DNA of 64,000 nucleotides from Lingula anatina (Eukaryota; Animalia; Brachiopoda): NCBI GenBank assembly GCA_051362555.1, contig CM120642.1, positions 11,160,001 to 11,224,000 of the forward strand, read 5' to 3'. Shown piece by piece: positions 9,301 to 20,960 of this stretch (position 1 is its first letter; each line of letters starts with the position of its first letter). The notes under the pieces were generated by a model. It saw only the letters and a program-made list of their open reading frames with translations, ran no database searches and was not told where the DNA came from. The position numbers and the translations under genes were made by a program.

Positions 9301-11779
9301 AAGTTGATATGAAAAATAACACATTGAATTAAAGGTAAATGAACAATTAATTTCTAAAATTTATCTTAAAATTTTCAAATGATCTAAAATTGAAAAATAA
9401 ACTCATTTTTCTCTAATATGCAAATCTTCTTGCTTCAAACTTACTAAAAAGGGAAGGCCAGAAGTGACGTATAACATTAAGTGCAAGTTCTTCAAATTTT
9501 TGGGAAATTGGAACAAGCTATCTGACATACTTATTTGCCCCTTCATATACAGCACAGAGAGCAAGCAGAAAAATTCTTTCAGTATTATTTTTCGGGTAAT
9601 ATGAAATGATGTATTTTGGCATTTCTGTTAGTTATAAATATGGTGGCATTTGGTTGACTTTTCTTGCAAAAATTTACTTAAAATGCATCTTTATATGTAA
9701 TTTTAAATCTAAGACGCAGAATCTACTATGATTTCATAGGGCCGATTTGCAGCTCCCCGAAAGTTGACTACCGCCGACGGCACTATCATAGATAAGGGTT
9801 ATTGGAGTGGCTCACCGGTATTCAAGGACATGAACGGAGACGGCCTAAAAGATCTGCTTTTTTCTGAATGCGCTGGTTACCTCACCGTCATCTCTCTTTT
9901 CATCAACACTGGGACTTCAACACAACCTAAGTTTTCTGCCCCTAAAGTTTTAATTAACAATAACGCTGGTGGTGTTCGTTTTGATGCAGCTGATTGGAAC
10001 AACGACGGCCTGATTGATCTGGTGGTTGGGCCCTACCTGCAGCCGTTTGCCTACTACCCAAATGAAGGTACAGCCTCAAGTCCCATTTTCAGCAGTTCAG
10101 CTACAAACATCCAGGATGGTTACACCACAATTCCTCAACACTATCCTCGAGTTGTTGATTGGAGGGGTGACGGGAAAAAATATATTTTGTACAGCGGTTA
10201 TTTTCCGAGCAACGGCGTCCATATTTGGACAAAAGATCCAAAAACAGGAAAAGAAGAAGATGCCGTTCTGTTAGGCATTGGCACAAATTGGGAACAAATT
10301 ATGAACAAAGTTGGGTACAGACTTTCATCCAACATGGCTGATTTCAACGGTGATGGTCTAACTGACTTACTTATTTCTGGTAAATTGGCCAAACTCGTTA
10401 TATTTTGGGGAAAAGACATAAACCAGGTGACCCAGCACCACGTTGATGGAATTGTCGCCACACTGAGCCAGCACAGCACAGACCTTGGATCAGTGATGGA
10501 GAGCAATGATCAGGTATGTGAGAAGTTGCAATTACACCAGGATGCTTTGTTGAAGATCGCCAACTTGCCTATGCCAGAGTCGTTCAAGGAATATCTTTTC
10601 AACACACTCGCAGCTCTGGTGCAAAAATACCCACAATACTTGAGTAGACAACGTTTTTCTTCCACATACCTAGCCTCTTTCTCATTCTATACCTGGATAA
10701 TAATGTTGGAAGGAAGGGACGACACGAGAAGTAATCGACTCGGGTTGGCTGAAGTGAGTAATCACACAGGAAGTTTAAAGGACGTTCTTGTTGAGAGGGG
10801 AGTTATGTTGATAGACAATGACCAATCTTCAGAATTAGCCAATCGCCTGTTGAGAGATTATGTTTTGTCCCTGCGAACTGAATACTTCTGGATTGAGCGT
10901 ATAAGTAAGCAATGTGCGCTAAGCGGTATTGACGGGAGAAGATATACCTACAGACAGGTGCGAAAGGGCGGAGTAAACGTATTCTGTAATGATGAGCACA
11001 GCTCGACGAGAAAACACATCTTACCTGGTTGTAAGGTATGTAAAACGCATGGCAACCCGGTGGGAAACGGTCTTGTTTCTGTTGTCGCTCACGAAATTGG
11101 TCACAACTACGTACAATACCCTTGGGTGAATGTGAAGATGTTCTTGTTGATGAAAAGAGCCTTACAAGGTAGTCCAGATATTTTCTGGAAGGATAACAAT
11201 CGCTACGACTCTAAGAAAACGCAGGAACATTTTGCAAGCAAAGGGTGGTTTAATCCCGGTTCCGATAATTGGAACTCGATTTTATATACCTATTTCAATG
11301 GACAGTTCATTCCTGAAGCTGCTCAGTACCAATATCAGATTATCACTAATGTCAGCCCAGACTACGTTGTGCTTACTCATCCCCAGGAATTCTTCGCTTC
11401 AATCTCCCAATGCTTCTCTATGGACTCCAAGATGCTGATGGACATTGCTGTCGAACGTTTTCTTAGTACGCCATCATACAAAGAGTCCATAAATCAAATT
11501 TTGTTCTTGGTTGAGTACTACTCTCTCGGTGGAAGCACTTCACGATTTTGGATGCATACCCATTCAGGTAACATATATTATTATGAAGTTACCCTCGAGA
11601 GAAATGCCAAGGATCACATCGTCGCCGTGAGTGTCCCCAAAGATGTCGCGAGGAAAGTTGAAAACCCCAATGAAGCATATTTGGTGGATTTGCCGAGTCC
11701 ACATATGTATCGGTTCCAGGTTGATGGCGATGGGTTTGTTACCGCCATTGAGGAAAACCCGGCATATATCAACCCATAG
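6314..11779 (+). CDS. Secreted FG-GAP/VCBS-repeat protein with a C-terminal HExxH zinc-metallopeptidase-like domain (~775 aa, paralog 2)
   Basis: Exons 6314-6375 (MMKILLFVTCLSLLISSGKT, AG|gt), 6740-6965 (ag|T AAG AGG CAA ... AGC AAT|gtaagt) and 9740-11779 (ag|GGC CGA TTT ... TAG). Phases 2 and 0 join in frame. DxDxDG-type repeats: DFDDDCDIDIL, DMNGDGLKDLL, DWNNDGLIDLV, DWRGDGKKYIL, DFNGDGLTDLL. HEIGH motif plus a downstream QEFFAS. Confidence 0.85.
7385..9384. mobile_element. Foldback / long-TIR element in intron 2 (arms ~360 bp)
   Basis: 7385-7742 is an imperfect reverse complement of 9025-9384 (e.g. TTTTAGTGCTTATTTTGGCCGACTGGCGGCAGCACCTTACGGG / CCCGTAAGGTGCTGCCGCCAGTCGGCCAAAATAAGCACTAAAA). 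Internal ~190-bp direct repeat at ~8300-8486 and ~8832-9018. Confidence 0.75.
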
Positions 11780-11936
11780 ACTTTTAAGATAACAATACAA
11801 TCAAAATTGATCTTTACGTCCATTTTTCTTTCCACTAGACTAGACGAGAAGCGAGTCTCTTTAATATATCCAATGTGGCATTAACCAGGCAATAATGTTT
11901 CTGAGAGAACAGTTTCATTAGCTCTGTATGTATTAA

Positions 11937-12311
11937 TTTAAATTATTGTTTTTTCTTTTTTATCAAGAGCTTATAAAATATGTGGGCATTACCTCCAATA
12001 TTTCTGTGACTGTCAGTCACCATCATCAGGGAGTAAATGACTAGGGTCATTTCACCTGGAATGAGAATCCAGGTCAATTGCCTCTCATCACTGGCCTTGT
12101 GTTACTGTTACATCCTCCCCCCGGGGCTCCTCTGCATCCCTCTAGAGCACCGTGAGGTAGATAGCTGGTAGATCATATCCCCCTGTCTGTTCAGGTCTGG
12201 TTGTTGTCAATTACGACACAAGGCCAGTGATTAGGGGCAATTGACCTGGATTCTCAGGTAATACCCACATATATCATGAGCTTTTGATAAAAAGAAAAGC
12301 AATAATTTAAA
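11937..12311. mobile_element. Small foldback/MITE-like insertion in the 3' flank of paralog 2
   Basis: Outer arms 11937-11995 / 12256-12311; inner arms 12062-12102 / 12216-12256 (TGAGAATCCAGGTCAATTGCC..CACTGGCCTTGTGT). Absent from the paralogous flank at ~830-890. AATAATGTTTCTG is repeated at ~11890 and ~12312. Confidence 0.75.
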
Positions 12312-13030
12312 AATAATGTTTCTGTAAACATGATCAAATTCAGAGTCAATAATGTATAAACATTTCAGGTCATTATAGATGCAATTTATCCAATCACTGA
12401 ATTGCAAACACCACAACTGCCATAAACAGTTTATATGTATATTTGATTACAGTATGTGTCTTATAGCTGGTCAAGATAGCTACAAAACAGCATTTTGAGC
12501 CTCAATGTTTTTAGATTCAATTATTTAAAACACTTGGATGGATGTATCTTAATAGTTTTTTAAATAAGCGCAATAAAATGAGGTTTACATTATGAAAACA
12601 TTTACCATAAAAATGTATTTTACAAAGAAATTATGCAACCGTTGTCCTATTTTAACAAAATGCAACATATTTCTCAAATGAAAACAGTTTTAAAATATTT
12701 CTCGAACTCGAGCATGGAAATCGTAAGTCTTTGTACCTGAATCACACATTCACTTATGAAGAAACTCAAACTTAGATCAACCATCAAAATCAGCAATTTG
12801 AACAACCGTGCTTTCTTTTTCAAATCTTGCATTTCAGACAGTTTTATCTACTAAATAAGTTCTCATAAAGAATATTCTACAAATTAAAGTACAAATGGGT
12901 CTATGACTAGTCCTAGCTGTAAACGCACTTTTTGTTTTATTTAAAGCTTGTAAATGTGGATAGTAAGTACGCATTTTTCTTTATCTGCTCTTTGTCCGAA
13001 TACCTTGTTTCGCAGTCACTTCTGCAATGT

Positions 13031-16000
13031 TCAGAAAAATAACTTGAAGATGACAGCAATGATAAGTACCATGGCAACCAATAATTTCATCATCCCAGTG
13101 TCACGTCTGCTTTCGTCGCACTTGCTGGTGTTGAGTGGATAATAAACCCGGTCCATAGTGGTCAAAACTGCCTCGCGCGCTCCGGCCCACTGTCCAGGTC
13201 CACACAGACGGTACTGGCAAGGCGTGCAGGGACCAGTCAAGACCTCCAAGGCAAGACGGGGGTCGGTAAGAAACAGCTTTACTGAAATAAAGTGTCCGTG
13301 ATGTTTAATATTCTTAACATTCCAGGTCACTTGTACTGAATGCTATACATAGGTAGGAAAATGTTGCAGAATTAAACTCGTTTTCTTCTTCCTTTTAACT
13401 ACATGTATTTATTTTTGTTTAACATAATACACGTGGGCTCTTTAAAGGTATCACCAAAACACTGAAACTGTCAGGGCCAACCCTATAAACACAGATCTCG
13501 TAATGACTCCCCAACACAATTTTGTACTACAAAATGATGTCTGTCACCAAAACATTAGTAGTCTGCTAAGACACAACATATAGGGTCTCCCCTCCGTGTA
13601 TAATGTCTGCTGAACTTTTCGAACACGGTCCTATCAAGTATATCTGACATAAAACTATACTAATATTACACTTACAAATATCTGGTTTGCATCCCACTTG
13701 GTCAGCAAGTTCGTCCATATATGGCACATAGTCAACTTGGATTGTGTGGCGCTGACTGGGTACGTACCGCTTAGCCATGGCATGGCGTTTCCGTAGGATA
13801 TCTGTTTTCATGTCTTCTTTACTTGGCAACATACACAAACCCTGGGTAATTAACGGAAGTGATGTTTACTCTACATATTCCTGAGTGAAGTGTTTAAAGA
13901 CTACATGCGTATGTTCCATTTATTGTGTGATTTTAGAAGTGGAACCATAAAAAAGACAAAGTAGACAAAATTGGTAAAATGTGAACTGTGTTTGTTATTT
14001 TAACAGGGCCATTTGTATAAAATAAGAAATAAGCATTTGATGTGCTAAGATGCTTTGATTGCTATATCAATTTTGTGTATTTCGTGGCAGAAAGGTCGAT
14101 GCTGTCAAACCCTTAAGCTGGAGCGTGAAGGGCTGGTAAAGGAATACAGCATTTTTTCCCATTTGATGACAATTGTCTTTTTCTTTTTTAGTTATCACTT
14201 AATTTTCTCAAATGTTTCTTGAAAATGACAACTTACCTTGAACACTCTGGTAGCCCACCTGCACTGCAGTTCTGCAATGGGAAAGATGGCGCCAAGTGGC
14301 TGAATGTAGCCAATCACAGCCAAGGTCGGGTGGTCAGTGGTCAAAGGCCACATGTACTTGTAAAGGTCAGCCACGTTCTTCTCAACCTTTATTACTTTCT
14401 CGTCGATGAAAGGAAATCCAAAAATATAACCTGTGGCAAGAATGACAGCGTCTATATTGTCCTCCATTGTCCCATCCTCAAACTCGACCCCAGTCTTAGT
14501 GAAACGTCTAATGTTAGGCTTAACGACAACGCCTCCGCTAAGTATTCTGTTCGGAAGGTCATCGTTGACGGAAGGGTGAGCGCTCATTATTCGATGTTTT
14601 GGTTTGAGGCCATATTTTTCGTGGTCAAACCTTGCATTCACTTTACTTTCTATCATGGAACACCTGGAAGTTTTCAAAATTCGCTATTTTTATTTAGGTT
14701 TACTGATTTAAATTACATGATTTCTGTTTTAATGGAAAATGAAAGGATAACGTCAAAATGTCTTGTTTTTAATCATAGTTTAATGAAATGTTACAAAAGG
14801 TAACCTGTTTTAAGTCGCTGTTTTGTTTATCGATACTGTACATAAAGAGGACAAGAATTTGATACATATATTTTAATTTAATTAAAATTGGTACGTGCAA
14901 CATGTTGAATGGAAGTAAACTGAAGATCATGCGTGTTAGTCGTCGGGAGGCGATCACATCACCGGGAAGCCCGTTTTCGCCAACTCTGTTAAAAATCCAT
15001 GTTCCGCGTCGTGTAGCCAAAAATACCTGAAAATATATCTCAAATATTTTGCAAATTCAAAAATATTTTGGCTTAAAGAGGACAAAGAGCACCACACACT
15101 GTCCAGGACTGCACAAGTAAGTTTAACGTGATATAAATCTGAACAGATAGATATTTGAAATCTACCACAGTAAAATGTACCACTTCGGTTAAACGCAGTA
15201 CTGCACCGTCTTCGTTTGCGGATATTATTAAGGAGCAAGCGGACGAAAAGTCGAGAGAAAGCAGACGGAGGGAGTGTTGCGTAGAACCTCTACATATAAG
15301 GTGATATGCCAGTGAAAGAACTAAAATTTCTGGGATTAAAGCAGCTGTGCAGTACTTGAAGTGCCTATATGAAAAAACTCTTCTGAAAATTTTTGTATAT
15401 GTATAACCTTTATTGTAAGATATTCTATATCATATCCCGGGAATCTTTGACAAAAAAATTACTCATTTTGATACAGAAACATTTTTTTACTAAATGCAAT
15501 ATGGAGATATAATTATTTAGATATATCCAAATCTTTAAGCACAGCCTACGTCTACAACTTACTCTCTGACTTATTCTTCCCAGTTCTGAGGCCACGTCAT
15601 TCCCCGAGTTACCGACTCCAACCACCACAACTCTCTTGTCCTCATAACCCTTGTGGTCTCTGTAAACTCATTTTGTAATTGGTTTGAATTTTATATCACT
15701 TAAATATGTCATATCTAAATTACATAAAATATATTATCTGTAGAAGAAAAAAGTCGATACCTAAATTCATGTATATACCGGTATCACAGCATGCATATAC
15801 CTTCGATATTCGTTTTTTATAGTTTCAATCGTTTGTTTATTCAGATTTTATCAAAAGGCTGATTTTAAAAAATACTTATCTATAGTTTTTTGTGCAAAAT
15901 TAACATAGCATATAAGTTATCAAGATTAACTGATGTCACACGTATTTTATAACAGTACCTGTAATCGTGTGAATGAATGATTTTTCCCTGAAACTCTTCC

Positions 16001-16772
16001 TGTCCTGGAAAAGTGGGTTCATACTTTTTGGCATGGTGCCCTGTGCAGACCAGAACCGCATCAAACACGTAGGTGTGTTCCTGATCTTGACCTATATCTT
16101 TGACCTTCACCTCCCATTGGCCCGTTTCTTCAGGGCATGGCGCTTGTTTGATCAGGACTATCTCGTGTTGGAACTTGATATATTTGGTCAAGTCAAATTT
16201 GTCAACGAAGAGGCGGAAGTATTTCATAACGTATGTGTTATGCATGTAATTAGGGTACTCTTTTGGGATGGGGAAATCGCTCCAACACATCATCTCCTTG
16301 CTCGTATTGATAATAGTGGACTTCATAACGGTCGCCTGGCCATCTTCTTTACCCTCCGGTCTAGCATGAAACGATTTTGCAGGCTATTCATTGATGGTTT
16401 TGATGTTCAGGCACACTCAAGTTCAATATGAATTTTCAGCAAACATAACTTATGCCTTCATTCTCTACTAGAACAAGACCTGTTTTCAAAAAGTGTAAAG
16501 GTAGTTTTGGGATATGGTTTTAGCCAGTTAAGAAATACATGTAGCTGACGAAGTTGCATGTCACAAGAAGCCAAAAAGGCTGTTTAGCTCGGTCCTAAAA
16601 CTAAATTATTTACATAAATTGTGACTCTTGATACGTACCTGAAGTTCCAGAGACCTCCAATGTCCGCGGATCGCTCAAAGCACACGGGAGACAGGCCTTC
16701 GTCCAGGCAGCATTTAATAGCTACAAGGCCGCTGGAGCCAGCTCCTATGACTGCTACTTTCTTACCGGCCAT
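13031..16772 (-). CDS. FMO: Flavin-containing monooxygenase, FMO5-like (FMO-A), 7 coding exons, ~534 aa
   Basis: Exons 16772-16639, 16360-15959, 15659-15563, 15026-14899, 14663-14237, 13841-13676, 13281-13031. FAD motif GAGSSG, FMO signature [15 protein letters not shown] motif GVGNSG, ATGY motif, hydrophobic C-terminal anchor. Internal exon sizes (402/97/128/427/166) equal those of FMO-B. The intron 4 donor is inferred to be GC. Confidence 0.93.
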
Positions 16773-17496
16773 GACTTAATTTTCAGTAACTCATCTAATC
16801 TGTGCGTCCTTGGCCTATATGTAGAGTTACAGGTAGATAAGAACATGGCCTACTTTTACGTGTATCCTTATGGCACCCAGGGAATACAAGGTTTTTTTAA
16901 ATATGCAATCGAAGCGACACAAATATTAAATAATCGATTACTTTTCCATAATATGTTGTATACAAGGATGGAAAACCTCCTGGTTTCTGGGGGAGGGGAG
17001 AGAAAAAAGGCGTACCACCAAAGCTAAAACCCCGTTTAAGTCACTTGGAAAACAAATGACTTTTGGCCTATTTTCATCACTGATCATATTCTCTGGGGTT
17101 GCCAGGTATTTTTCAAATGATTTCGATAGTCTCTCTAGGTTTCTGCCGCTCTTTATTGATTGCTCTGGGGCTTGCAAGTGTATGGAGCTGTTCAAAACAC
17201 TCAGATGTCTTCCTTCCAGTGACCATCACAGGAAGGTATTATTATTATTATCATTATCATTATCATAAACAAGTCGCTCGACAAGCGGTAGTGTCTCCTA
17301 GCAGGGTAGAGCAAATCTCAATTTTTTCCATTACCTCCGCCAAGGAGGTTATTTCTGTCTGTCTGTCTGTCTGTTTGTTTGTTTGTTTGTTTGTTTGTCA
17401 TCAACATAACTCAAAAAGTTATGGACCTATTTTGATGAAATGTTCAGGGTAGGTAGGTGGGAAATGGGTAAAAATTAGAAGTGATTAGTTTTTCCA

Positions 17497-18800
17497 AACC
17501 CCTAATTTAATATCTTATAATGCCTACATACGTGTACCAGTATCCTAATTTAATATCTTATAATGCCTACATACGTGTACCAGTATCCTAATTTAATATC
17601 TTATAATGCCTACATACGTGTACCAGTATCCTAATTTAATATCTTATAATGCCTACATACGTGTACCAGTATCCTAATTTAATATCTTATAATGCCTACA
17701 TACGTGTACCAGTATCCTAATTTAATATCTTATAATGTCTACATACGTGTACCAGTATGCCGTACATCACTGTATATAGATAATACTCCAGATGCATGCG
17801 TATAAAGCTGGGGTATCCTCTATATACAATGATGTATTCGTATGTATTCCATGGGTATGACGCTGTATGCGTGGGGTACCTGGATTTTCCCTTGGTAGCT
17901 TTCGTCTTCGAAAATGAAAATTACATCCTAAGACCCTCATTGAACGGGGATTGCCTCCGTTTCTCTTTACACATTGTGACGTAAGTTTTTATCATACATA
18001 TGCTTAAAGACTCACATATTGTTTCATGTCCTTTAGATGACCCTAGATTACACGACCTTACCTTTCCAATTGCCTTATTTAGTCAAATATGGGCGATTTT
18101 AATTATTTTGCTGATTAAAAGTTTCAGAAAATTGGTCAAATAAAAAAGTAAATAACATAAAAACAGTAATTCACATATTGTGCGTGTGTAATTTTGATTG
18201 ATAGATTGAAGCGGCAGATTTTGTCTTAAACGTACGTTAAACTTTTTTCTTAATTAAATGTTTTGTCCCAGCCTAACTGCCAGCCTTATACAGCGAGGTA
18301 TATAACGAGGTTGCGCCTTGCGTTCACACGGTGTCTTCAGCCGTCCTCAGCCACAGTCCGCTGCGAGGCGCTCAGGTATGCCTGCGTCGTGCGCAATAAG
18401 AAGATGCTGGACGCACGACGTAAGCTGCAAGGGTCTTCGCTCGGCCCGTGTCCGATCTCAGCTGTTGCCACTGGGGTCTAGATATTAACTAAATCTAGAC
18501 CTCTATTTTCAACCAATTCTCTGCTTAACTTAAACAGTCCATCAATACGCAGCAGAGAGAGAGAGAGAGAGAGAGCACGTTCATTTCTGCTATCTGAACG
18601 ACTTCTAAGTACATTATGCGACGCCAGATGGCTCCTGTTAGAAATTTGGCCCTTCATTGCATTGGGTGAGCCTTCTGAAGAGTGTGTTGTATCAAAAGAA
18701 GAATAAAGATATCGTCAGAGAAAATACAATAAAACATTGCAAATACTGTATTTACTAATACTGCTCAGAGATAACGTCAAAACTACGTTGCTTATATACA
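17497..18800. repeat. ~1.3-kb direct repeat, copy 1 (= ~19699-20960)
   Basis: Near-identical to 19699-20960, including the minisatellite, a GC-rich core and a (GA)n tract. Confidence 0.92.
17501..17758. repeat. 43-bp minisatellite, 6 copies
   Basis: Unit CCTAATTTAATATCTTATAATGCCTACATACGTGTACCAGTAT starting at 17501, 17544, 17587, 17630, 17673, 17716. Confidence 0.95.
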
Positions 18801-19698
18801 TACAATAATCAATCAATAATCAATCATCAATCATCAACATAACTAAAAAAGTTATGGACCGATTTTGATGAAATTTTCAGAGTAGGTGGGAAATGGGTAA
18901 AACTTAGAAGTGATTAGTTTTTGGTGGTGATCCGGATCAATAATCAATCATTAATCAATAATCAAAAATTGCTGTCTTGGCGGTGGTCTGCGCTCTCTGA
19001 GTGCTTTTCTAGTTAACAGTGGTTTTCTCCGGATAAAATTAATGTTGAACACAAATCTCACAACTATTTAATTCTAAAACAATTATTTAGGTCCGTATAT
19101 TCTAAAAGGCAGACATAACGGCCTCCCTATAGAGTTTCATCACACAAAAAGTACTATAGTGTGCCATATGTCTTTTCTTATAAATGAGGAGTTTTGGAAT
19201 CCATTTCACCGCTGTGATTGGTACAAATCAGTGTGAGTTCATTACGTCGTGAGCTGACAATTTATTGTCAAGCTCGACTGAAGAGTCAGAATGGAGACAA
19301 TGGAGACTATGAATTATCTTAATCATCTTGCTCAGTCAAAATGCGGAGTGATAAGATCTCTCAACATCCGCCAGATGGAATTATAAGGGAGAATCAATTA
19401 CATGTACCCTAATAAAATGGGCCGTGACACTGATGATTTCGTGACTCAGCGAAAGGTGCGAAAATGGCTATTTTAGCCATGTTGTCAATATTTGATTCGC
19501 AATTACGCATTTTCACAGGCCACTTGAATACCAAAAATATATGGATCAACCAACAATGTTACTTGCAATAAGATAATTGATTTTGAAAGTAATTTTATAC
19601 TCATAATTGAAACACAGTCTACTTTTCTATACTTTTGAGGTATATTTACTGTGTTGGTGGTGTTTGGGCGAACCAGAGGTGGGACACATATGCATTAC

Positions 19699-20960
19699 AA
19701 CCCCTAATTTAATATCTTATAATGCCTACATACGTGTACCAGTATCCTAATTTAATATCTTATAATGCCTACATACGTGTACCAGTATCCTAATTTAATA
19801 TCTTATAATGCCTACATACGTGTACCAGTATCCTAATTTAATATCTTATAATGCCTACATACGTGTACCAGTATCCTAATTTAATATCTTATAATGCCTA
19901 CATACGTGTACCAGTATGCCGTACATCACAGTACATAGATAATACTCCAGATGCATGCGTATAAAGCTGGGGTATCCTCTATATACAATGATATATTCGT
20001 ATACATTTCCATGGGTATGACGCTGTATGCGTGGGGTACCTGGATTTTCCCTTGGTAGCTTTCGTCTTCGAAAATGAAAATTACATCCTAAGACCCTCAT
20101 TGAACGGGGATTGCCTCCGTTTCTCTTTACACATTGTGACGTAAGCTTTTATCATACATATGCTTTAAGACTCACGTGTTGTTTCATGTCCTTCAGATGA
20201 CCCTAGATTACACGACCTAACCTTTCTAATTGCCTTATTTAGTCAAATATGGGCGATTTTAATTTTTTTGCTGATAAAAAGTTTCAGAAAATTGGTCAAA
20301 TAAAAAAGTAAATGACATAAAAACAGTTATTCACATATTGTGCGTGTGTAGTTTTGATTGATAGATTGAAGCGGCAGATTTTGTCTTAAACGTACGTCAA
20401 ACTTTTTTTTTTATTAAATGTTTTATCCCAGCCTAACTGCCAGCCTTATACAGTAAAGTATATAACGAGGTTGCGCCCTGCGTTCACACGGTGTCTTCAG
20501 CCGTCCTCAGCCACAGTCCGCTGCGAGGCGCTCAGGTATGCCTGCGTCGTGCGCAATAAGGAGATGCTGGACGCACGACGTAAGCTGCAAGGGTCTTCGC
20601 TCGGCCCGTGTCCGATCTCAGCTGTTGCCACTGGGGTCTAGATATTAGCTAAATCTAGACCTCTATTTTCAACCAATTCTCTGCTTTAACTTAAACAGTC
20701 CAGCAGAGAGAGAGAGAGAGAGAGAGAGAGAGCACGTTCATTTCTGCTATCTGAACGACTTTTAAGTTCATTATGCGACGCCAGATGGCTCCTGTTAGAA
20801 ATATGGCCCTTCATTGCATTGGGTGAGCCTTCTGAAGAGTGTTTTGTATCAAAAGAAGAATAAAGATATCGTCAGAGAAAATACAATAAAACATTGCAAT
20901 TACTGTATTTACTAATACTGCTCAGAGATAACGTCAAAACTACGTTGCTTATATACATAA
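19699..20960. repeat. ~1.3-kb direct repeat, copy 2 (includes 5 copies of the 43-bp minisatellite, 19703-19917)
   Basis: Direct alignment with 17497-18800. Confidence 0.92.

Larger units (their letters stand above)
17331..19013 (+). mobile_element. Non-autonomous Helentron/DINE-like element interrupted by a 1.3-kb duplicated segment
   Basis: 5' TTACCTCCGCCAAGGAGG, then (TGTC)n(TTTG)n. 3' end has the inverted sub-terminal repeat TTGGCGGTGGT, the hairpin GCGCTCTCTGAGTGC and a CTAGTT terminus. This is the established layout of Helentron-associated elements. Confidence 0.75.

Noticed and set aside
9764-11779. Bacterial contaminant contig or a single-exon gene starting at TTG 9764
   Set aside because: The ORF is joined in frame by GT-AG introns to two upstream exons and is embedded among animal FMO genes and transposons.
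14219-16431. Plus-strand ORFs of 194 aa and 152 aa
   Set aside because: They are antisense shadows of FMO-A exons 5 and 2, with no independent coding evidence.
17501-19917. 43-bp repeats as a CRISPR array
   Set aside because: The units are head-to-tail with no unique spacers, there are no cas genes, and the context is eukaryotic.
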